Source of the DNA: Pseudomonadota bacterium
Lineage (GTDB): Bacteria > Chloroflexota > UBA5177
NCBI GenBank assembly: GCA_021324655.1
Contig: JAJPIP010000044.1
Location: forward strand, 12,840 to 76,839
DNA length: 64,000 bases
Reading direction: 5' to 3'
Below are positions 1 through 9,214 of the stretch, in pieces. The stretch's first letter is position 1, and the number at the start of each line of letters is the position of its first letter. The notes beneath the pieces are model-generated. The model was given only the letters and a program-made list of their open reading frames with translations. It was not told where the DNA came from and searched no databases. A program made the position numbers and the translations under genes.

Positions 1-36
1 GGGACCAGACCCGCAGCCACCCGTGGCGCTGTCGCC

Positions 37-1140
37 ATGATCTTCCTGAAGTTGGGCATCATCGCCTTCGGTGGTCCGGCTGCCCACGTGGCGTTGATGC
101 GCCGGGAGTTCGTGGAAAAGCACCACTGGATCGAGGAGGACGAGTTCCTCCGGATGTTCGCCGCCTGCAGCGTCATTCCCGGTCCCAGCTCCACGGAGCT
201 TGCCATCTACCTCGGCTACCGCCTGGCGGGCGTCTCGGGCCTTGTGCTGGCCGGCACCCTCTTCATCGCGCCCGCGATGCTCATCATGGTGGCAATCGCC
301 GTCGTCTATGCCCGGTTCGGATCAACGCGGGCCGTCACGTCCGCCCTCTATGGCATCCGTCCGGTGGTGGTTGCCATCGTGGCGTGGGCCCTCCTCGACC
401 TCGGCCGGCGAATCCTCACGCGTCCGCCACTCTGGGTGGTCGCCCTCGGCGTCTTCGGCCTCTCCCTGGTCTACGTCAATCCCATCCTGCTGCTCGGTCT
501 CGCCGGCATTGCTGCCGTGCTGGCCGCTCAAGCGTCAACGGTGGGACGGCGCAAGGATGCCGGGGCGCTGATGGTCGGGCCGATCCTGCTTCCCGTGGCA
601 GCCGTCGCCGCTCACCCAGGCCGGCTGGCGACGATCTTCTTCACGTTTCTCAAGCTCGGCGCTGTCTCGTACGGCAGCGGATATGTGCTCTTCGCCTTTC
701 TGCACGCGGACTTCGTGGCCGGTCTTCACTGGCTCACGGATGGCCAATTGGCGGACGCCGTGGCGATCGGACAGGCTACGCCGGGACCGGTCTTCACGAC
801 GGCGACCTTTCTCGGCTATCTCTTCGCTGGTGTGCCCGGGGCACTCCTCGCGACGCTCGGCATTTTCCTGCCGGGGTTCGTGCTCGTCCCCTTTCTCGAT
901 CGCATTGTGCGGCTCGTCGGATCGCACCCCGGCGTCCGGGCGTTTCTGGACGGCGTGAACGTGGGTGCCCTCGGCCTGATCGCCGCCGTCACCGTCGCCC
1001 TGGCCCGGACCGCCTTCCTCGACCCGCTGACCATCGTCCTCGCGGCCGCCGCGTTGCCCGTTCTTCTCTGGCGGCCGCTCACCGCACCCGGGCTGATCGC
1101 GGCCGGCGCGTTGATCGGTCTGGCTGCCGGCCATGGGTGA
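37..1140 (+). CDS. chrA: Chromate efflux transporter (CHR family); probably 5'-truncated by the window edge
   Basis: Two CHR repeats (FLKLGIIAFGGP...PGPSST and FLKLGAVSYGSG...TPGPVFT); multi-TM; frame is open back to position 1. Confidence 0.92.
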   Translation: MIFLKLGIIAFGGPAAHVALMRREFVEKHHWIEEDEFLRMFAACSVIPGPSSTELAIYLGYRLAGVSGLVLAGTLFIAPAMLIMVAIAVVYARFGSTRAVTSALYGIRPVVVAIVAWALLDLGRRILTRPPLWVVALGVFGLSLVYVNPILLLGLAGIAAVLAAQASTVGRRKDAGALMVGPILLPVAAVAAHPGRLATIFFTFLKLGAVSYGSGYVLFAFLHADFVAGLHWLTDGQLADAVAIGQATPGPVFTTATFLGYLFAGVPGALLATLGIFLPGFVLVPFLDRIVRLVGSHPGVRAFLDGVNVGALGLIAAVTVALARTAFLDPLTIVLAAAALPVLLWRPLTAPGLIAAGALIGLAAGHG

Positions 1141-1203
1141 CATCGGGGGGCAGGGCGGTGATTAGCCGGCCATGCCTCTCCATGGCTGGATGCGCCGGCG
1201 TCT

Positions 1204-2829
1204 CTATGGTTCGGTTCTCGATTCGCCCAATTCGTGGGCGGCGATGAAGGCGCGCTCGCGACGCCGGCCCTCGCGCCGGTTCACACGGAACGTCCCGGAC
1301 TGTCGCCGTACGCGCTGAATCTCCTCGAGGCTGCGCAACAGCCTCGCGGGCGGGATCTCCCGCGCCTTGCGGTCTTCGATTCCTCGCTGCCACCGCGCGA
1401 TCGGCTCCGGCCGTGGCCTCTGTCCTCGCCGGCACTTGATGGCCAGCGCCGCGGAGATGGTCCAGGCTTGATCGTTTTCCGGGACATTGGTGGCGTGGAT
1501 CTCCTCCGCCGGCTCGGAGGTGCGGCGATCGTACGGATCGAAATCCACGCGGCCGTCGGGAAGCACATACAGGAACTCGGTGGCGTCGCCGGTAACGTTG
1601 ACCGCATTGAGAAGGCGCGTCTCCAGATCGGACGCGAGCCGCGGAAACCCCTGGCGCCGAAAGCCCCTGGCGACGTCGTAGGTCTCCTTGTGCCAGACGG
1701 TCTCGCTGCTCTGGTATGCCGTGTAATTGAGCAGATGCGCGTGAGCGACGGACGTGCAGCGGATGCCGGCGGAGGTGACGAACTCGTCGCTGTACAGACG
1801 CTCGACAATGGCTCCGACGGCGCTTCGCCGGCGGTCGAGTGGGAGCCGATCGAAGAGGCCGGAGTCGAGCAGAGCTCCGGGATTGGAGGTGATCGTCTTC
1901 ACCTGCCGCACGTCACCGGTCGCGGGATCGCGATCGAGCGCCATCGCAAAGTACTGCTCGTCGGGCATCCAGAAGCGCTCGAGCGTGCTGTCGCGGAGGC
2001 GCCGAGCCAGTTCATGCCACCGCGCGCGTTCCGTGTCGCTTGCCCGGCTGAGAAGCGAGCTCGCCGCCAGCAGCGCATCGTATGCCAGCCCCTGGACCTC
2101 GATGGAGGCAATCGGAGCGTTGTAGTTCGCGAAGGTCGCATTGGCATGGAGGTAGGACACGCCTCCGTCCTTCCAGGCCTGAAAGGGATGACCGTGGGGA
2201 GTCATACGCCGAAACTCCAGCAGACCGAGGGGAGAACGCTCGACGGAGCGGACGATCCATCCCACCGCTCGCAGCACACTGTCTTCAATCGTGTGGCGGC
2301 GACCGCCCGGTCTTGCTCCGTGCGGCAGGTACTCCTCGTCCAGTAGAGCGCGCCCAAAGAGCCGGCAGTACGAGGAGATCAACCGCACGTAGAGCGGCGT
2401 CGCATCGACCGTCGCGTAGATCGTCAGGCTGGTAAGCGCGTCCAGCGTCTCGGGAGTCGGGGCCAGTTCCCAGTGAGCGGCCAGCCGCCGGAAAATGGCC
2501 CGGGATTCGTTCCCCACCGCGCGCCCCTCCAGGTGCAGGGCACGAAACTCGTGATGAATCTTGCCCGGCTCTTCCTCGGTCGTCGCCTTGGTGGCGGTCC
2601 CCTGCATGACGGCCAGCTGCCGGATGACGGCACGGGCGATGTCCGGACGGATAGGCAGGAGATCCTCCGCGACCTCCAGTGCATCACGGCCGAAATAGGC
2701 ATCCTTGAAAAGGTGATAGCCGCTGGCGGACGGGAAGCCGGACGGGGAGAGGATCCGCTGCAGTGCGCGGATCATACTGGGAGCTGCCGGTCTCTTCGAA
2801 CTTGACTCGGCGGGTCGCAGCGACTGCAT
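1204..2829 (-). CDS. Amylo-alpha-1,6-glucosidase / glycogen debranching enzyme family protein
   Basis: YFGRDAL, EEPGKIHHE, DATPLY, WKD, EVQGLAY and QAWT motifs of the GDE_C family. Confidence 0.8.
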   Translation of the reverse strand: MQSLRPAESSSKRPAAPSMIRALQRILSPSGFPSASGYHLFKDAYFGRDALEVAEDLLPIRPDIARAVIRQLAVMQGTATKATTEEEPGKIHHEFRALHLEGRAVGNESRAIFRRLAAHWELAPTPETLDALTSLTIYATVDATPLYVRLISSYCRLFGRALLDEEYLPHGARPGGRRHTIEDSVLRAVGWIVRSVERSPLGLLEFRRMTPHGHPFQAWKDGGVSYLHANATFANYNAPIASIEVQGLAYDALLAASSLLSRASDTERARWHELARRLRDSTLERFWMPDEQYFAMALDRDPATGDVRQVKTITSNPGALLDSGLFDRLPLDRRRSAVGAIVERLYSDEFVTSAGIRCTSVAHAHLLNYTAYQSSETVWHKETYDVARGFRRQGFPRLASDLETRLLNAVNVTGDATEFLYVLPDGRVDFDPYDRRTSEPAEEIHATNVPENDQAWTISAALAIKCRRGQRPRPEPIARWQRGIEDRKAREIPPARLLRSLEEIQRVRRQSGTFRVNRREGRRRERAFIAAHELGESRTEP

Positions 2830-3019
2830 GGGCTCTCGAAAGTTCAGGGAATATTCACGAAGGTGAATGCTCTAGGCCCGCATTGTCTCGGATCTTGCGG
2901 TCTTCCCTTTCTATAGTGGAGAGACCGCAGTTGAGAGCGGTTCTGACTCGCGCCCAGCCCGGGAAAAATGCGTTCTCCCGGCCTTCCCGCGGGTGTGAGC
3001 GGCCGAGAGGAGATGGCCT

Positions 3020-3565
3020 ATGTCACGAACTCGTTTAGTCGTCGCGATGACCACCGCCGGCGTATTAGCCCTGGGGGTGGTCTCGCTGGGACGCCCGGCC
3101 GCAGCGGCGGTGCCCCTGGAGGCCGCAACGGCGACCGCAACCGCGACCGTCGGGACGGTAACGGCGACCGCGACAAGCACGGCGACCGCTGTCGTCGCGA
3201 CGGGAACTGCGACGGCCACACCGCCGCCGCCTCCGCCGCCACCGTCAGTAGCAACCGCGACTGCGACCGCTGCTGCCCCGACGGCCACGGCGACCGCGGC
3301 ACCGCTCGGTGCCTCCGCCGTTCTCGTGGCGCGGGCCAACGTGCGGCACGTGGGCGCATCGGCGCTGGTGCGCTGGACGATGGCCTACCAGTTGGGCGTC
3401 AAAGGGTTCCGCATCTACGCGCATCGGCGTGATCTTACCCCGCGACTGATCCACCCTCACCACGCGCGCAGCTACTCGGCGCGGGTGCCGTGGACCAATG
3501 GCGGCCACTATTCGCTGCATATTCTGTTCAAGAATGGACATACCCAGACCAAGGCGATACGCTAG
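3020..3565 (+). CDS. Secreted protein with Thr/Ala/Pro-rich linker and C-terminal beta domain
   Basis: SD GAGGAG; signal peptide; (TA)n and poly-Pro linker; C-terminal VRWTMAYQLGVKGFRIY. Confidence 0.75.
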   Translation: MSRTRLVVAMTTAGVLALGVVSLGRPAAAAVPLEAATATATATVGTVTATATSTATAVVATGTATATPPPPPPPPSVATATATAAAPTATATAAPLGASAVLVARANVRHVGASALVRWTMAYQLGVKGFRIYAHRRDLTPRLIHPHHARSYSARVPWTNGGHYSLHILFKNGHTQTKAIR

Positions 3566-3569
3566 GCGC

Positions 3570-4394
3570 GTGATCAGCCGTTCAGCCGCCCCATTCCGGT
3601 GCTCGCCACCGGGATGGGGCGGCTCCTTTGCCTACCGTCTCGCTGCCGCCCTGTTGGTGGCCGCGCTCGGCGTCGTGACGGCCTTGCCGGCGAGATCAAC
3701 CGCCGCCGGAGTTCAGCCGCAAGCCCTCGTGCTGGATCCGTTTCCGGAGCAGCACGGAGCCGGGTATACAGCACAGGATGCCGTGACTCTCCTCCAGAGC
3801 GCGGGATTCCGCGTGACGGACCTGGAAGGCACGCAGGTAACGGTGCCTGTGATGATGACCCTCTCGCACTATGCGGTCATCTACGTGTTCACCCATTCCG
3901 GCCCGCTTCCCAACAACGATGCCGCGGTGGCGACCGGAGACACCCGGCACGCGATGTACAAGAAGTACTTCCGCACGCAGAGCCTGGTTGAGATGCACAT
4001 CATGTCGGACCACGGCTTCCGGTATTTCGATGCCGTCACCGGCCGGTTTATCGATCGCTACACGGGCAAGTTCTCGCCGCATAGCATCGTGTTCCTCAAC
4101 GCCTGCACCGCCCTGGGCATGACACAGTTCTGGGTCGACTTGAAGAAGGCAGGCGTGGGGACGCTCATCAGCTGGCGTCACCACGTGAACAACACCGATG
4201 CGGACGTGGGAGCGCACGAGGTGCTGGCGGCGCTGGCCAGGGGCGAAAGCGTGTCTCAGGCCATCCGGCAAGCGTTCGAACTGGGCGCCGGCATCAGCGT
4301 CGTCAAGGGGAAACTCGGAACTCTCGCCTACACTGGCGACGGCGGCAACACGTTCGCGCGTGCGACGAGCGGCGCGCTGACGGCGGCACGTTAG
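3570..4394 (+). CDS. Secreted protein with clan CD (caspase/gingipain/CHAT-like) His-Cys motifs
   Basis: Signal-like segment; VIYVFTHSG and IVFLNAC motifs; start uncertain (GTG 3570). Confidence 0.65.
   Translation: MISRSAAPFRCSPPGWGGSFAYRLAAALLVAALGVVTALPARSTAAGVQPQALVLDPFPEQHGAGYTAQDAVTLLQSAGFRVTDLEGTQVTVPVMMTLSHYAVIYVFTHSGPLPNNDAAVATGDTRHAMYKKYFRTQSLVEMHIMSDHGFRYFDAVTGRFIDRYTGKFSPHSIVFLNACTALGMTQFWVDLKKAGVGTLISWRHHVNNTDADVGAHEVLAALARGESVSQAIRQAFELGAGISVVKGKLGTLAYTGDGGNTFARATSGALTAAR
3584..3624 (+). terminator. 18-bp GC-rich hairpin (terminator or attenuator-like)
   Basis: AGCCGCCCCATTCCGGTG / CACCGGGATGGGGCGGCT with one G-U pair, followed by CCTTT. Confidence 0.55.
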
Positions 4395-4406
4395 AGGCCC
4401 GGATCG

Positions 4407-4748
4407 CTACTCCCCCGGAGTTCTCCAGGGTAGATCTTCCCCTTCCGACATCAAGACATAGAAGGAGAACGGGGACCGAAACGTCGCGTGTTGCATGGTC
4501 TCCAGCGCCGGTACTCGCTGAATGAACGCGAGCCACTGGTTACCCGGGTTCCACGCCGTGACGATGGCGTACCCGTTGTCTTCGCGCGTGCTCTGGGCCA
4601 GACGGAAGTAGAGGCACCCCTCGGTCGCCTCCGCCTCGCGGGCCACCGGCTCCCACTGATTGCGCCACGCCTCCACCTCACTGGGGCGCACGGTAAAGGA
4701 GACGATTCCGACCACCGTGTGGTCAAACGAGATGCCCTGGGTCGTCAC
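4407..4748 (-). CDS. Antibiotic biosynthesis monooxygenase (ABM)-like protein
   Basis: 113 aa; F-x-V-x-P...EGCLYFRL...IVTAW pattern; SD GAGGAGG. Confidence 0.7.
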   Translation of the reverse strand: MTTQGISFDHTVVGIVSFTVRPSEVEAWRNQWEPVAREAEATEGCLYFRLAQSTREDNGYAIVTAWNPGNQWLAFIQRVPALETMQHATFRSPFSFYVLMSEGEDLPWRTPGE

Positions 4749-4881
4749 GGCTGTCCTCCTCGAGGGATGATTCCCACCCCATGTCGCTGGCGCCTCATCA
4801 TAGACTCCGATTCGGGATTCCGCGGAGTATCAGCGGCCAGCGGTACCGAAACAGGGTGAAGAGATGCGGCCCGTCCTTTCG

Positions 4882-4899
4882 TGTAACCGACGTCCGTAT
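4882..4899 (+). promoter_or_regulatory. Conserved motif TGTAACC-N6-CGTAT (copy 1)
   Basis: TGTAACCgacgtcCGTAT, 33 nt upstream of ATG 4933; recurs at 10446, 11165 and 14753. Confidence 0.7.
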
Positions 4900-4932
4900 A
4901 GAGGAGCATCCTGAGAAGAGGAGAAGTGGTTC

Positions 4933-5472
4933 ATGATCAAGATTCGCCGCCGATCCAGCCGGTCTTCCGATGACACCCTTGACGATCTGTCTCGCGTTGG
5001 GAACGCGGTGCAACGACGTGGAAGGCGCCGCGCCATCCTCCTGGCGGTCCCGGTCACGCTGCTCGGTGTCGCCGCCATAACTGCTGAGTCACCGGTGCTG
5101 GCACGGAGCCATTCGTCCGCCCACGCCGCCTCGTTGGTCAAGATGCGCGCGGCACACATTCTGGTGAATGCGAAGGGCCGGACCCTGTACGTGTTCGCGG
5201 CCGACAGCAAGAACAAGAGCACGTGCTACGGTGGGTGCGCCGGCTTCTGGCCGCCGGTCACCGTACCCTCCGGGACGACGCCTCCGCGCACGATGTCCGG
5301 CATTCCCGGCACGTTTGGCGTGATCATGCGCACCGATGGATCACACCAGCTGACCTATGACGGTGCGCCGCTGTACACGTTCGCCGGCGATAAGAAGAAG
5401 GGCCAGATGAACGGCCAGGGCCTCGTCGCCTCCGGCGGTTACTGGTGGGCCGTTGTGGTCGCCGGGAAGTAA
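4933..5472 (+). CDS. Secreted protein with Yx(FWY)xxD repeats (COG4315 / Lipoprotein_15 family)
   Basis: GRTLYVFAAD...CYGGCAGFWPP and QLTYDGAPLYTFAGD...GQG...W repeats. Confidence 0.88.
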   Translation: MIKIRRRSSRSSDDTLDDLSRVGNAVQRRGRRRAILLAVPVTLLGVAAITAESPVLARSHSSAHAASLVKMRAAHILVNAKGRTLYVFAADSKNKSTCYGGCAGFWPPVTVPSGTTPPRTMSGIPGTFGVIMRTDGSHQLTYDGAPLYTFAGDKKKGQMNGQGLVASGGYWWAVVVAGK

Positions 5473-5486
5473 GGAGGAGACATCAT

Positions 5487-5534
5487 GCCCGACGACCCGT
5501 CAGCCTCTGTGACGCGGCTGACGGGTCGTCGGGC
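5487..5534. terminator. Perfect 19-bp inverted repeat between convergent genes
   Basis: GCCCGACGACCCGTCAGCC (5487-5505) / GGCTGACGGGTCGTCGGGC (5516-5534). Confidence 0.7.
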
Positions 5535-5549
5535 TGCGTGCCGGGCCCG

Positions 5550-7922
5550 CTAGCCTTTTCCATCCATGAAGGAGAGAGGGGGTCCGAAGGGAACCAGGGC
5601 ATAATCGACGGCTGCGTGCCAAGTCATGGAGCGCCCCTCCTCGATAGCCTTCTGGAAGGCGTCTGGCGAGTTTTGCTTCCAAATAGGCTCGATCATCTGC
5701 TGGAGGATGTCGGACTCGAGAGCCGAGAGCGGACTGTCAATCTTCTCGCGAAGTGAGGCAGCCGCCCCAAAGAGCCGAGCGGATTTCACGGCGTTGCCCT
5801 GGCGCGCCTCGATAGCTGCGAACCCCTCCAGGTAGTAGGCGATCGGACGTTTGTCGCCTCGCTGCACAGCAAGCCGGAGACCTTCCTCCCACAGCGGAAT
5901 GGCGTTCTCGAGATCGCCCGTCAGCAGGAAAGCTCGGGCGCACGTGTCGAGCGTGCGCGTCAGCAACCCGTGTGCGTCCTGCGCCCGAGCGCGGGCCAGG
6001 CTCGCCTGCGATCGCGCGATCGCCTGGTGGAAGCAGCCTTCATACAGTGCGATTTCACCCAGCCAGTGCAGACAAGCGGCAACACCGTCGTCGTCGCCCA
6101 GTGAGCGACATTCCTCGAGATCGTGTTCGAGGAACTCTCGCATATGTTTCAGGTCGCCCTGCTGGATCGCCGACATGACAAGCCCCATCGGAATGTCTCG
6201 ACTCTGCGCCAGGCGGAAGTGGCGCAAACCCTCCGCTCCCAGCGCGTGCCCCTCGTCGGTCGCTCCTCGCAGCGTCGCCAGCCAGGATGCCCAGCTCAAC
6301 GCTCGGGCTCTCTCCCGAGGCGGGGCGTCTGATGCTGCCACGATCGCCTCCTCCAGCCAGTGCTGTCCCTCCTGATAGGACGAGACGGCGGTCCAATATG
6401 GACCGAGGAGTGTGGCCGCGTGGAGCGCTCGCCTACCCTCTCCAGCATCGAGCAGCCGTCGCAGCGCTGCCCGTAGATTGTCTCGCTCCTGGTCGAGCCG
6501 GGAGAACCGCTGCGGTCCGTCGTCACCTGAATGGTCCTCTTCCGGCGACATCCGCTCCAACAGACGAATGCAGTAGTCGGTGTGCCTCTGGGCGATGCGG
6601 CAGTCGTCCATTGACGCCCGCAGTCGCTCCGCGGCGTATTCACGGATTGTTTCCAGCATCGAGAACCGGGGCTCGCCTCCAACGCCCTCGCGACATACCA
6701 GCAAACAATGTTCGACCAGTACCGTCAGACGGTCGACCACATCGCGCGCCGGGTCATCCGAGGGATCGCAGACCGCCTCAACACCCTCGAGGCCAAAGCT
6801 CCCGGAAAAGACAGAGAGCTGAGCTAGTAGAGTCTGCGCATCTCTCCCAAGCAGCCGGTAGCTCCAATCGAGCGCTGCCTGCATCGTCTGTTGACGCTCC
6901 GGAGCATCGCTTGTGCCTCCCTTCAGGATGGATAGACGCGAAGAGAGTCGAGAAAGGAGCGCTTCCGGGGACAGGACTCGCAGTCTGGACGCCGCTAGCT
7001 CGATGGCCAGTGGAAGACCATCGACGCGGGCACAGATCGCGGCGACCGAAGCGGCGTTGTCTTCGGTGAGCGCGAAGTCGGCCCGCACTGCTCGGGCGCG
7101 GTCGACGAAGAGCGCGAGCGCACCGAAGCGGAGGAGGTGGTCTACGTCCGGAAGATCGTGGAGGTCGGGAACGGCCAGAGGTGAGACGAGAAACTCGTGT
7201 TCACCATAGACATGAAGTGGCGTTCGACTGGTAACCAGCACTCGAAGATCGCCGGCTGCTTCGAGAAGGTGCTTCACCACGCAAGCAGCACCCAGCAGAT
7301 GCTCAAAGTTATCCAGGATCAAAAGCAGCTGCCGCGAGAACAAGTAGGTTGCGACTGCGTCTTCCAGGTCGCCACCCCGCGCCTCTTTGATCCCCAGCAC
7401 CGCCGCAATTGACGGAACGACCAACTCAGGGGAGGGGAGCGACGCGAGCGATACCAGAAAGACCCCATCCCGGTACTCAGGGAGCAGGGCGCGCCCAACC
7501 CGGAGCGCCAGACGAGTTTTGCCCGTTCCTCCCGTACCGACGAGGGTCACGAGACGAACGCCCGCCGAGGCGAGGAGCTTCCCCACCATGCTGACTTCGC
7601 GCTCCCGGCCGACAAACGAGGCCAGGTCCTCGGTGAGGTTCGTGGCGGATCGCTCACGATGCAGGTGGGGGGACATCCCCATCTCGACAACGCCCCGGCC
7701 GGCTCCCTCGAATCGCACCCGGTCCAGTGCGGGAAGGCCCAGCGCTTCGCCCAGGCGTCGCACCGTGTCGCGATACGGCCGGGTCGTGAAGCCTCGTTCC
7801 AGATCGCTCACGGTGCGCACGCTGACCCCGGCTCGCTCTGCCAGATCCTCCTGGGTTAGACCGGCGGCGATCCGGTGTCGTTTGAGCAGAGTTGCGAACG
7901 ACGGCGATGGACGGACGGCCAT
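5550..7922 (-). CDS. XRE-HTH + NB-ARC-like ATPase + TPR (STAND) transcriptional regulator
   Basis: LTQEDLAERAGVSVRTVSDLERG HTH; GTGGTGKT Walker A; LLILDNFEH Walker B; GLPLAIELAA; C-terminal TPRs. Confidence 0.92.
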   Translation of the reverse strand: MAVRPSPSFATLLKRHRIAAGLTQEDLAERAGVSVRTVSDLERGFTTRPYRDTVRRLGEALGLPALDRVRFEGAGRGVVEMGMSPHLHRERSATNLTEDLASFVGREREVSMVGKLLASAGVRLVTLVGTGGTGKTRLALRVGRALLPEYRDGVFLVSLASLPSPELVVPSIAAVLGIKEARGGDLEDAVATYLFSRQLLLILDNFEHLLGAACVVKHLLEAAGDLRVLVTSRTPLHVYGEHEFLVSPLAVPDLHDLPDVDHLLRFGALALFVDRARAVRADFALTEDNAASVAAICARVDGLPLAIELAASRLRVLSPEALLSRLSSRLSILKGGTSDAPERQQTMQAALDWSYRLLGRDAQTLLAQLSVFSGSFGLEGVEAVCDPSDDPARDVVDRLTVLVEHCLLVCREGVGGEPRFSMLETIREYAAERLRASMDDCRIAQRHTDYCIRLLERMSPEEDHSGDDGPQRFSRLDQERDNLRAALRRLLDAGEGRRALHAATLLGPYWTAVSSYQEGQHWLEEAIVAASDAPPRERARALSWASWLATLRGATDEGHALGAEGLRHFRLAQSRDIPMGLVMSAIQQGDLKHMREFLEHDLEECRSLGDDDGVAACLHWLGEIALYEGCFHQAIARSQASLARARAQDAHGLLTRTLDTCARAFLLTGDLENAIPLWEEGLRLAVQRGDKRPIAYYLEGFAAIEARQGNAVKSARLFGAAASLREKIDSPLSALESDILQQMIEPIWKQNSPDAFQKAIEEGRSMTWHAAVDYALVPFGPPLSFMDGKG

Positions 7923-8002
7923 GGTCCTCGGCTGTCGCTTTCGACGGCAATTATATGGAACGCCTGCGAATTTCGGGAATCATAGCACACCTGGCCTGAG
8001 AT

Positions 8003-8026
8003 CTGTGAGCAACTCTGTGAGCAACT
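8003..8026. promoter_or_regulatory. Perfect 12-bp tandem direct repeat; candidate operator
   Basis: CTGTGAGCAACT x2 in the divergent gap between the STAND regulator and the gene at 8108. Confidence 0.6.
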
Positions 8027-8107
8027 ACTCATGGTCACCGAGCGCGGGACGCTGCAAACTGGGTCCAGGCGCCTGAGTACGGGGCGCGTCGAGACGTAGC
8101 GGAAAGG

Positions 8108-8467
8108 ATGAGAGGACCCATGCTTCGCACTGTGGCGATTTTGGTCATTGCTCTACTTCTGGCCATTCCATTAAGTCTCGCGGCCGGGTCGACACCCGTC
8201 CCCGCAGTCCATGCAGATCCCGGCGCGCCGCAGATGTGCGCCGGAGACAGCAACCATGGCGGCGCCCTCGGCCAGTGCGTCTCATTCAGTCAGAACGAAG
8301 AGACGAGTGCCTGGGCTGCCTGGGGGTGCACCCAGATCGCAGACTTCGAAGGTGGCTATCCAATCTGGTTCAATCTGTACGACAACAGCGGGAACTATGT
8401 GGGCTTCTTCACGAATGTCGCCACCCATGGTCAGTGTGTCAGCATCATCAATCAGTACGTGAAGTGA
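8108..8467 (+). CDS. Small secreted protein with 4 Cys, unknown function
   Basis: Signal peptide ending in VHA; internal repeat HGGALGQCVS / HGQCVS. Confidence 0.75.
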   Translation: MRGPMLRTVAILVIALLLAIPLSLAAGSTPVPAVHADPGAPQMCAGDSNHGGALGQCVSFSQNEETSAWAAWGCTQIADFEGGYPIWFNLYDNSGNYVGFFTNVATHGQCVSIINQYVK

Positions 8468-8562
8468 GGCTCAGGGACGTGCCCATTCGAGGGCCGGGGC
8501 CGTCATGAGTCGGACGACGCGGCACACCTAGCCCCATCCAGTCACTGACAAGGTGAAGCGAA

Positions 8563-8626
8563 GGCACAAAGCGCCTCTGTGGTACGGGTGGCTCATCACC
8601 TCCCCCTCCCGGAGGCGCTTTGTGCC
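8563..8626. repeat. Perfect 15-bp inverted repeat with a 34-nt loop
   Basis: GGCACAAAGCGCCTC (8563-8577) / GAGGCGCTTTGTGCC (8612-8626), between convergent genes. Confidence 0.7.
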
Positions 8627-8906
8627 CCGGTATGCCACCTCGATCCCCTATGGTTCCTCTCTCCCGCTGCCGGTTGATGCGCGCTCCGATCTCTGCACTC
8701 CGGCAAGCGACGGCCTGCGGTGGCTACGACACGCCGATGGAGCTGACGCTCCGGTGCACGGGGAGCAGGAAGGCGGCTGCTTAAGACTGGTGGCTGGGTC
8801 CGGCAGCGGCTAGATCGGATTCGACGGCACCTCTCGGCCAGCCACCCCGGCAACGATATCCGGCAGGTGCTCTCTTCCCGCCTGCATCGCTCATGAGTAA
8901 GTCAGC

Positions 8907-9125
8907 CTACTTGGCCTGATGATCGGTGGGGTTCGAGGTGACCGGGACTGCTTCGATGGAGCCGGTCCGGTGCTCCGGCTGTCCATCGATTTCAGAGAGG
9001 CCGTGTCGGAAGCTGCGGATGCTCTGACCGAGAGAGGAACCGACTTCGGGGAGGCGCTTCGGCCCGAAGAGCAGCAGACCGATGATCACGACGGCGAAAA
9101 GCTCGGGAAGATGACCGCCTAACAT
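8907..9125 (-). CDS. tatA: Twin-arginine translocase TatA/E subunit
   Basis: ELFAVVIIGLLLFGPKRLPEVGSSLGQSIRSFR signature; SD AAGGAG before ATG 9125. Confidence 0.93.
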   Translation of the reverse strand: MLGGHLPELFAVVIIGLLLFGPKRLPEVGSSLGQSIRSFRHGLSEIDGQPEHRTGSIEAVPVTSNPTDHQAK

Positions 9126-9214
9126 GGTTGTCTCCTTTGGTGTCAATCGGCCGCCGCCGAGAAGGGAGCGCGCGACTCCCTCCCCGGACGGCGGCGTTGT
9201 GATGATGTGTCCGG

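Noticed and set aside
3125-3300. GCGACC/GCGACG-like repeats (also 11575-11660)
   Set aside because: Degenerate codon repeats encoding Thr/Ala linkers; not CRISPR or a DNA-level repeat
8528-8596. 22-codon minus-strand ORF with a strong SD inside the 15-bp hairpin (type I toxin-like layout)
   Set aside because: The peptide MSHPYHRGALCLRFTLSVTGWG is not a convincing TM toxin and no antisense promoter was identified
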